Both the position numbers and the translations under genes were made by a program. Of a stretch of DNA of 48,090 bases, positions 37,861-48,090 are shown piece by piece. The stretch spans positions 1 to 48,090 of the forward strand of contig NW_021834637.1 of the NCBI RefSeq assembly GCF_006345805.1, in the 5' to 3' direction. The DNA comes from Octopus sinensis. Lineage: Eukaryota. The notes beneath the pieces are model-generated. The model made no database searches. It was not told the origin of the DNA and worked only from the letters and a program-made list of their open reading frames with translations. Position 1 is the first letter of the stretch; each line of letters begins with the position of its first letter.

Positions 37861-38469
37861 TCCTCTTTTTCATCCCAGTACATTTATATATAATGATTTT
37901 TTTTCTTCTGCTGTGTTAAAGAAGGTTATTCTGTCATTATTTGTTATGTGCAGTTTAGTGTCACTCAAAAAAGTTTCTATCTACTCCCCCTTTTCCATTT
38001 TCTGCCAGGCTTCTGCGAAATCGTTCTGATTATGCTTAGAAAAAGAAACAACCACTGTTGTTTTATCAATGTTTGTGGTGGTGGGACTGTTGGTGTTTTT
38101 GATGGGGACAGTGATGGAGGTCGTGCTTGCGTCATATTGAACAATATCTTGCTCGTCGCTAATGCTCCCGCTTCTGTTACTGTTGCTGTTGTCATTGCTT
38201 TTGCTCATTTTGGTGTCCATGTTTCAATTCTCGACCACATCAATTAGTAGTGGAGAAACAATGTCATAACGGGTATTCCAACAGCTATCGCTTCCCTCAA
38301 TTTGGGAAGACGTATTGATATTTTTATGCTTTAAAATATTGAATTTGTACTTTGAAATCTCACAATTCGCCCTTAAATATCGAATTCCCGCGCGACCAGC
38401 TCGCTCCGATGCCAACAGGCTGGGTTATATAGTTAACAGCTCAGCAAAGTTTGGAATACTTCGAGAATT

Positions 38470-38945
38470 CGCTTGTCCCCACCCCCAGGGCCAAACAGTC
38501 AATCCAGAGTTCTACTGCAATGTTTCAAAGCGTTTCAGAGAGGACATTCGGCGAAGCGAGGGGATCAGTAGAGTGCGAAGAATTGGGTCCTTCAAGACGA
38601 CAATGCACCCTATCACCGACCTCTCCTCACTCGTGAATTTTTCACCAAAAGCAACATTATATCGCTTCAGCACCAACACCCCCCCTTTTTTTTTTTACCA
38701 GATTTGACACCTGCGGACTTTTTTTCTTCCCCAACATGAAAATGCAGCTCAAAGGTCGCCGTTTTAACAACGTTGTCCAGATCCAGGTGCTCAAATCGCT
38801 TACGGAAAACGACTTTCAAGTCGGTTTCCAAAAGCCGCAAGGATGCTGCAACCGGGGTATTGCTGCGCAGCTGACATGTTCGAAGGAGATGATGTTAAAA
38901 CTTAGGTAAATAAGTTATTTTTATTAAGCATAACCAGCCCGTGAA
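38470..38945 (+). pseudogene. Mariner transposase C-terminal catalytic fragment
   Basis: Frameshifted GQTVNPEFYCNV.KR.REDIRR / NWVLQDDNAPYH..LTREFF / PDLTPADFF.FPNMKMQLKGRRF / FEGD. Confidence 0.88.
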
Positions 38946-39146
38946 CTGGAGCACTGCCTTTAGTCGAGCAAATCGACCCCAGGACTTATTCTTTGTAAGC
39001 ATAGTACTTATTCTAGCAGTGTCTTTTGCTGAAGCGGTAAGTTAATTGAGACACAACACCATCTGTTTTCAAGCGATGTTGGGAGGAAAAACAAAAACAC
39101 ACAAACATATACACACATATACATACGTACATACACACACACACAC

Positions 39147-39218
<72 letters not shown>

Positions 39219-39375
39219 TACGACGGGATTCTTTCAGGTTCCGTCTACCAAATCCACTCACAAGGTTTTGGTCTGCCCGAGGCTATATTAGAAAACACTT
39301 GCCCAAGGTGCTACGAAGTGGGACTGAACCCGTTACCATGTGGTTCGTAAGCAAACTACTTACCCCACAGTCACT
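38946..39375 (-). mobile_element. SINE family B with internal (CA)/(TA) microsatellite
   Basis: Reverse-complement colinear with 8248-8620. Confidence 0.9.
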
Positions 39376-40020
39376 ACATATATATAAGGCATTTTTCCGT
39401 CGACAGTTCGTACACCTGGGGATCGCATCTGGAGAAACAGCTACTGGCAAAATCTGAATATCTGGCATTTCGTTGTGGCATGTATTGGGACCGGAGTATG
39501 TTTACCAAAAATACAAGATTCGTAGTTTCTTCTTTCTCCACAATTAAGCGGGTTAATGAAGTGACGTTAGGGGCGGCAATTCGTTATGCCCTATCTAAGA
39601 TGTAAAAGGGATTTCAAAGATCTTTCATTTCATTTCCTATTCAAGCGAACCACCAAATAATGATGTCCTTTGAAGAGACAACAGGGATAACGGAGATTAC
39701 TTAACGAGACAATGAGATAGATAGATGAAAGTCTATGTTGACCCTTACCGATTCTTGAATTTAAGAAAGGTGAAAGACTGGCCTTCGTAGTTTAAGGTAT
39801 CTACACAAGAACAAACACAACGCAAACAGTGTTTTGTCAAAGCCAACGATAGAGAGATCTCATAAATATTTATTTAGTGAAACTGGATACACAGGCAAAC
39901 ACTCACACACACACACATACACACACACACACATATATATGTATATACATGTATATATATGATATAGATATATGTATATGATGTATATTATATATACATA
40001 TACCTACCCAAATATATATA

Positions 40021-40418
40021 TATATATTATATACGCATATACACATACACACGCATACAAACATATATGCATACAAATATATATACACAAAATATGTACA
40101 TATATATATATTCAAATATATACAGATATATATGCAAATATATATATACACACATATATATATATACAAATGATTTGTGTATGTGTGAGTGCGTACGTGC
40201 TTCTTTATGTAATATATATATATTATATACGCATATACACATACACACGCATACAAACATATATGCATACAAATATATATACACAAAATATGTACATATA
40301 TATATATTCAAATATATACAGATATATATGCAAATATATATATACACACATATATATATATACAAATGATTTGTGTATGTGTGAGTGCGTACGTGCTTCT
40401 TTATGTAATATATATATA
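40021..40418. repeat. Near-perfect 2 x 196-bp tandem duplication of microsatellite-rich DNA
   Basis: tacgcatatacacatacacacgc at 40032 and 40228; aaatgatttgtgtatgtgtgagtgcgtacgtgcttctttatg occurs twice. Confidence 0.9.
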
Positions 40419-40429
40419 TTTATACATCC

Positions 40430-40503
<74 letters not shown>

Positions 40504-40587
40504 GTCTATCTGTCTGTCTATACATATATATATATATACACACACACACGTAAAAATATATATACACATACATATACATATATATAT

Positions 40588-40626
<39 letters not shown>

Positions 40627-40657
40627 AAGAGAGAGAGAGAGAAAGAGAGAGAGAGAA

Positions 40658-40691
<34 letters not shown>

Positions 40692-41532
40692 GGAGAGGGA
40701 GATACATAGATGCCATAGAAAGATTCCATAGAAATTCTATACAAAGATAAAAATCTATCTTGACCTCTCGACCCTTATGTTTGTGATAGGTGAAGCACTG
40801 AACTAGATATCATAACGTATCTATAACAGATCAAAGGAAATAGATCACTTATTAAACGATCAATGTTTTATTTTTGTTTTTTTTATTAATCTTTTCCCCC
40901 TAATTATGGATTATCTATTATACACTAAAGGTCGATAGAACACTTATACACCTCTGTCACAAAATCGTCCTTCATAATTTAGTTTCTAGGTTTAATGGGT
41001 AGATTGTGTGATCGAATCTGAATGGTGGGTCGCTTTTAGTTCTCAATCTGGTTCTCTGGGTTTCTTTCTAATTTTCCTCTTATTTTTCAATATTTAATTT
41101 CTTTTAACCCCATGGCAACAGTTTTTTTTTTATCTGGCAACAAGTTTGTACTTACAGTACTAATCTCAGCCAAGATCAGCAATTAGCACACGACAACGGT
41201 TCGGCGTATATTTATGTCAACCATTTTAAAGCATGCACCATTTATTTATGTGAACTGTTATCACTATGAGGACCGTAAATTCAATGAACCTGGCATGGCT
41301 GGATGCGACTTCCGTGAAGGACCAGAAGAATTTGCTGAACGTCAAAGAATTTTATAGGAGGTCATAGTGAAAATGGTGGTGTAACCGCCAAAACTGCTGC
41401 TTTTATACTTTTATGGTGATGATTCTCGAATAGAGTTGGAAATATTTGCACGAAGAGTCAAACAAATCTTGAAATTTGCACGGTGGCTCCTATTACCGAT
41501 TCCATGAATGATAATTATATATATAGGTCAAA

Positions 41533-41670
41533 AACTTTTCCTACTCTAGGCACTAGACCCGAAATGTTGGGGAAGGGGGTCAGTCGATTAGATAGAAGCC
41601 AGTACGCAACTGGTACTTAATTTATCGACCCTGAAAGGATGAAAGGTAAAGTTGACACCGGCGGAATTTG
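41533..41670 (-). mobile_element. SINE family A, 3' portion
   Basis: ctactctaggcac...cagtacgcaactggtacttaatttatcgaccctgaaaggatgaaagg. Confidence 0.85.
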
Positions 41671-41724
41671 GTAGTGAACAGCTGACACTGTAGTACATCT
41701 CCAGCGTTACAAGCTGTGCAAAGC

Positions 41725-41885
<161 letters not shown>

Positions 41886-42204
41886 CCCTTACCTCCCCCC
41901 ACGCAAAATTTTTATAATTGAAAATACATATGTAGGCTTCTACATACACTCTTACACACAAGCATAGAGAAGGTGAGGGCGGGAGACTGACACAGTTTCA
42001 CCGACATACACACACATGTGCATGTGTATTTGAGTGTATATATACGTATATGTATAGGCAAACATATCTCTCCACACACCTGAATCTATGTGTACCCCTC
42101 TGTGTGTTTCTACAAGTGGCGTGTAATTACGTGCTTACGTTGTTCCGTAGCTTTCTTACACGTACACTAAAGTATATTCCTGTGTAGGCATATTTGCCTA
42201 AGAA

Positions 42205-42249
<45 letters not shown>

Positions 42250-42407
42250 CATAATATGTTAAGACACATACATAACAAAAACCACAGGACTTACAAGTAT
42301 ATATATAACACAGAAAATAGCACTGATTACTTTCTCACTCGCTTTCTCGCTTTCTTTCTATCTATCTTCCACTCTTCCTTTATTTCATTTCTGTATGTCT
42401 GTCTCTG

Positions 42408-42462
<55 letters not shown>

Positions 42463-42875
42463 TCCATTATATTTAATTATCTGTCTGCAGAAGTTCCTGC
42501 TCGTCCTTTTCCTTGGAAGTATTGTCTAGTAGCAAGTACTAAGGCCAATAACCTCAGTGTAAGAATGTTTTTCTACTCTGTTGGCATACTGTATCATTTC
42601 CTGTTAGTTACCAGGTAAAAATGAAATAAAATAAATAAAATGAAATAAAATAAATTTGTAACTAAAGGAGAATGCTAACTGCACATGCGTACACACACTC
42701 CAACCAAACACAGAGACAAAAGATGTACGTATTTGTGATGAATAACTACATATATTTGCATATCGTGGTACACGAAATATACACCTCACTTACATAAACT
42801 TCACATCATGTGTCTGTGTTTATGTGTGTGTGTGTGTATGTGTGTATACACACACACACATTTATGTATATAATA

Positions 42876-42915
<40 letters not shown>

Positions 42916-43228
42916 GTGTGTGTTTATACATGAACATAGAAAAGAGGGAGTGAAAGAGAGAAATAATGATGCGAATAAGGAAATGAGCACGCTTTGGTTA
43001 GGTAAATAAAATATACATACATATACACATGTATATATTTGTGAAAGAGGGCAACAAACGCCGAGGCATAACAAGCATCTCAAGGCATATACATTATTGG
43101 ATATCATTCTTAATTTTAGAATATATATGCTCTAAATCGGAAACCTAAAATGGAATCCAGATATTACCCAGCGTACCTATTCTTTTAGATTACTACTTAA
43201 CTAAACCCCCATATTCTACATATATACG

Positions 43229-43296
<68 letters not shown>

Positions 43297-43534
43297 TACA
43301 TACATACACACGCACAAACACACACACAAACACACACTATATATATATATATTTATATAAATATATAGAGAAAGAAAGAGAGAGAGAGAGAGATCTCGGA
43401 TAAAGATTTCCGAGCGTCATTTCAAAAGTTCAAATCATTTGTGTACTAAACGTGTTCAGCATTTCCGGATCTCACCTGTCAAATTGCTCTCCCTACCACT
43501 CTCACTCTCTCTGTGTCTCTCTCTCCTTTTTTCT

Positions 43535-43561
43535 GTATATGTAAGTATATATATATATATG

Positions 43562-43609
<48 letters not shown>

Positions 43610-43684
43610 CACTCTCACTCTCTCTGTGTTCCTCTCTCCTTTTCCCTGTATATGTAAGTATATATATATATGTATATATATATA

Positions 43685-43734
<50 letters not shown>

Positions 43735-43741
43735 TATATAT

Positions 43742-43772
<31 letters not shown>

Positions 43773-43962
43773 CATATATATATAGATATACATATGTATA
43801 AATATATATATATATATTATATATATATAATATATACATACATACATATATATATATACATATATATGTATATATACATATACATATATATGTATATATA
43901 TATCTATGTATATATATATTTATATGTATATATGTGTGCATATATGTGTGCATATATATATA
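43535..43962. repeat. (TA)n microsatellite field
   Basis: Direct reading. Confidence 0.9.
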
Positions 43963-43963
43963 A

Positions 43964-44206
43964 CTTGCCGCTAGTTATGCACTCTACAGACAAGCGTTCC
44001 CCCTTAACGAATCAAGGAGATTCAGCGTGACAAACAAATGTAACAAGTCTGGCCCTTTTTGGAGTACAGGTACAACACATTTTTGCCAGCTGAGTAGACT
44101 GGAGAAACGTGAAATAAAAAGCCTTGCTCAAGGGCACAACGCGCCGCCAGAAATCGAACTGACAATCATACGATTGGGAACTTACGATCGAATTTCCTAA
44201 CCACTC
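43964..44206 (-). mobile_element. tRNA-derived SINE family C
   Basis: Minus strand gtggttagg...agttcgatttctggcggcgcgttgtgcccttgagcaagg...atttcacgtttctccagtctactcagctgg. Confidence 0.75.
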
Positions 44207-44369
44207 ACGTGGAAACGAGTCAGGGGCATCGGCTGAGATTGATATGGTCTCCGCAAATACGAAACTTTTCTTTGAAGCTGAGCCAATCTCTTAATATATA
44301 CATACATATATATGCGTGCTCCAGCATGGCTGCAGTCAGATGACTGAATCAAATAAAAGAATAAATTTT

Positions 44370-44738
44370 TTTATTTTTTTACTTGTTTAAGTTCTTTGAC
44401 TGTGACCATGCTGGAGCACCGCCTTTTGTCGAACAAATCAACCCCAGGGCATAAGCCTAGTACTTATCCTGTGGGTCTTCTTTGCAGAGCTGCTAAGTTA
44501 CGGAGACGTAAACACACCAACATCGGTTGTCAAGCGATAGTGTGTGCGTGTATGTGTGGGGGGAGAAACACACACATATATATATATGCGAGGGGCTTCT
44601 TTCAGTTTCCGTCTACGAAATCCACTCACAAGTCTTTGGTCGGCCCGAGACACTTGCCCAAGATGCCACGCAGTGGGACTGAACACAGAACCATGTCGCT
44701 GGCATGCAAGATACTTGCCACACAACCACATCTGCGCC
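44370..44738 (-). mobile_element. SINE family B, near full length
   Basis: ccatgctggagcaccgcc...ttctttcagtttccgtctacgaaatccactcacaag...cagtgggactgaac. Confidence 0.9.
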
Positions 44739-44774
44739 TATATATATATGTGTGTGTGTGTATGTGTATACAAA

Positions 44775-44897
44775 CAAATAGATAGATTGATAGAGAGATA
44801 GATAGATAGATAGACAGACAGACACTCAGACATACATACATACAGACAGACATACATACATACATACAGACAGACAGATAGACGGACAGACAGGCAG

Positions 44898-44992
<95 letters not shown>
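44775..44992. repeat. (GATA)/(GACA)/(CATA)n repeats
   Basis: Direct reading. Confidence 0.93.
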
Positions 44993-44993
<1 letters not shown>

Positions 44994-45994
44994 GCCAACA
45001 GAGTGACAGACAGATAGAAAGACCTGTAGATAAAAAGAGAACTTCGGTTGGCGTTTCTATCATTTTCGAACATAAAAAATTGCATATTATAAATTATAGA
45101 TATCACATCACCCGCTGGCCTTCATACTACATCAAACACCAGCACAGCCTACTCTATCTCTACTCAACAGATACAAAAAAATCCTGCCTCCGTTACACGC
45201 TGATTATAAGCTCGTATTTGATATCTACAAACTATTATTGTTGTTCGTAATTTTGGTATAGATTTTGGTAACCTAGAGAAGCAGGAGTTCGCAAAGAAAC
45301 GAATAGAAATGACTAATGTAAATTTTTGAATTTTATATATTATTATTACTATTATTATTTTGTCAATTAGTATCGTAGTGTTTTAAAGAAATGCAAAAAT
45401 CTTTCCTAAGTTCGCTAAATGACTATAAGTATTGTTGCACAAATAGCAACGAAAATGTCTTCACTCGTAGTTACAGACCAATTCTTAGCCTGTTGAATGA
45501 TCATTAATTAGATAAAGAAGATTGCTACGCACATATACTTACATATCTTTAGACTGCATGCGGAGTAATTTCAGGCACACATATGCCACACACACACACG
45601 CATATAACCATATATATATATATATAAGCCAAACTACCTCTGCACACATTCTAGCACACGTGTGCCGTGCCTTGCCAATGCTAATACACGCTGATGAATA
45701 GCCATAAATAGGCAAATGTATTGATGGATGCATTATAAGAATATTTATTTACAGAGGAATTTACCAGAACACTCAAACACACACACACGTACACACATAA
45801 ACAAGTGTATACACACACATTTACATTCGTACATAGCAACTAATAGTTATCGTTGCACAGGTGAATACAAACGTTCATGCATGCTTTCATAGAAGCATTG
45901 CTACATCCATCAGAAAAAAAACATATATATACATAGGTGTGTGTATGTATGTGTGCGTGTGGGCGTGTTTATGTACGTATGTGTGAGAGTCTAG

Positions 45995-46091
<97 letters not shown>

Positions 46092-46713
46092 TTACACACA
46101 TATGCGTGTGTACGCGTATATGAATATGTACATATATATATTCATATATGTGTATATATATGCGTACATATATATGTTTGTATATGTATATATATATATA
46201 ATTATATGTATACTTACGTGCACGTGGTTATTGGGGCAGTTGGTTATGTAACTACCTGTCTCAATACTAATGTCGAACATAAAGTACATGGCTAATTAGG
46301 GAATAACAATTACACTCTATTAATGGATCTGCCAAATATGTAAGGCATTCCTGAAATTTAAACTAGAATAGATACATATAAGATATACAAATAAATGCTT
46401 TATGGAGATATACTTTAAGATAATATTTTCAGATTCATACGTTCGCAGATAGGTATGCATACATGGATACGTATATCTAAGAAGATCAATACCTATGCTC
46501 ATACGTATATGCATACATTACGTGAATGGAAATATATACATTTACACAGATCTATACAAATGCCTATATATATATGAATATATATATGTGTGTATATATA
46601 TATATGTATATATATATATATACATTTATATATATATATATATATGTTTATATATATATGTATATGTATTTATATATAAATATGTATATATATAAATGTA
46701 TATATATATATGT

Positions 46714-47394
46714 ATTTCAACATTGAGGGTAAAATTAATTAATTATTAATCAATTCACCAAGTATTCAGTATGTAAAGGGACCATTATAGGCGAATTCAA
46801 AATATTACATTATATAAAGGGCTTAGTAAAATAAATTACTTTGCCACATCTGAACTCATTAGAAATAGCAGCTAAAGAAATTTCTTCAGCTATTTCTAAT
46901 ACTTAAAGAAGATCTCTCTCAGATAGTGTTTGCCTAAACTAACTCACAAAAGTATGGGGGAAAAATCAAGTGCAAAGGTTATTTGAGAACGTACGTTTCT
47001 AGATTAGTCAATTCGACATTTCTTTCTTCAGCTCAGAATTCCTTGAATCGGATTTGGGAACACTGAAAGTCGGGAGCATACCCTTTCGGCTTCTAATCAC
47101 CTCAAGAATTCTGCTCGAACTAAAAGTGCTATCAAATTCGAATATGCAAGCGAAGAATTTCTGCTCTCCCCCTTTCCACCAGCGTGGGTTAAAATTGACA
47201 AACACCATGTATTACGGTGAAAACCGCAGCATTTTACAGAGAAAGATGAATTATAATTTCAACAATTGAGGGTAAAATTAATTAATTATTAATCAATTTC
47301 ACCAAGTATTCAGTATGTAAAGGGACCATTATAGGCGAATTCAAAATATTACATTATATATAAGGGCTTAGTAAAATAAATTACTTTGCCACAT
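46714..47394 (-). mobile_element. Non-coding direct-repeat-flanked element (Penelope-derived / retrozyme-like)
   Basis: 46714-46849 is nearly identical to 47256-47394 (period ~543); the interior carries a hammerhead motif and a strong hairpin; abuts (TA)n. Confidence 0.7.
46984..47035 (-). ncRNA. Minimal type-I hammerhead ribozyme-like motif
   Basis: Minus strand tgag-CTGAAGA-a-aga-aat-gtc-gaatt-gac-taa-tct-a-GAAA-cgtacg-TT-ctca: stem I tgag/ctca, palindromic stem III, GUU triplet; A-A mismatch at the base of stem II. Confidence 0.6.
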
Positions 47395-48018
47395 ATTCGT
47401 GATTACGAGCATGCAATCACATAGATAGGTGCGTTGAAATGTTGCATATACATACATTCATACGTGAATGCATGCGTACATATATTCATACGGATCGATG
47501 TCAGAAGACACACACTATCATATACATACACACATACATACATACATACATACATACATACATACATACATACATACATACATGCATACATACATGCGTA
47601 TATACATACTTACGCACGTACATGCAACCATACATACATAAATACCTATTCGCATAAACATTGGTGCGTATGCAGCAACCTATACTCATAACTGCATACA
47701 AAACACACATACACATACAAACATGTATAGAGATACGTGTAGTAAAAACTTACATCCGTTCATGCATGGAGACATCAGTATGCACAGATACGAACGTAGA
47801 TGCATACATCATACCGTTCGATACGTATGCAGATTGAAACATTCGTACAAGTACTCAAACATGTATTCCATGTTAATACGGAAGTCTATATGCAGATACA
47901 TACAGTCATACATACAGATGAATATATACATATATGTATATATATATATACATGCACATTTATGTATATATATGTATGTTAATACATATATATATATATG
48001 TACATATATATATGTGTG

Positions 48019-48049
<31 letters not shown>

Positions 48050-48090
48050 AAATACGTATATATGTGTATATGTATATATATGTGTATGTG

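Noticed and set aside
37948-38247. Overlapping 72-99 aa ORFs
   Set aside because: Low-complexity GTT/GGT-rich sequence open on both strands; no family motif.
39283-39468. ORF with zinc-finger-like RCTNCRRKNALYICSDCGV
   Set aside because: The second CxxC comes from the junction with the SINE B head, and the rest of the ORF runs through the SINE; chance motif.
41250-41470. Complex sequence with short open frames
   Set aside because: No recognisable motif or splice support; cannot be assigned without a search.
46714-47394. TRIM or LTR retroelement
   Set aside because: The repeats lack consistent TG...CA ends, and no PBS, PPT or TSD was seen; a partial tandem fits better.

Overview
AT-rich eukaryotic non-coding DNA, either intergenic or deep intronic. 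The SINE families and the very high microsatellite load suggest an octopus (coleoid cephalopod) genome; this is inference from recognition, not a database result. No intact host protein-coding gene, rRNA or true tRNA is supportable, and most supplied ORFs are translations of simple repeats. The window contains: (TA)n/(CA)n/(CATA)n/(GATA)n/(TAA)n microsatellites; at least three tRNA-derived SINE families, one with variable-number internal 183-bp units; decayed mariner pieces, including a fold-back element built from two left ends; several MITEs; a probable non-autonomous Helitron; and fragments of Tx1-like, RTE-like and R4/Dong-like LINEs. The best leads are three. (1) A nest of distinct R4/Dong-like restriction-endonuclease LINE fragments whose 5' ends all abut (CATA)n, part of it tandemly duplicated (1395 bp). 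(2) A ~680-bp direct-repeat-flanked non-coding element with a minimal hammerhead-ribozyme motif (Penelope/retrozyme-like). (3) A GC-rich island with TATA+Inr, GNRA hairpins and two variant hammerhead-like cores.
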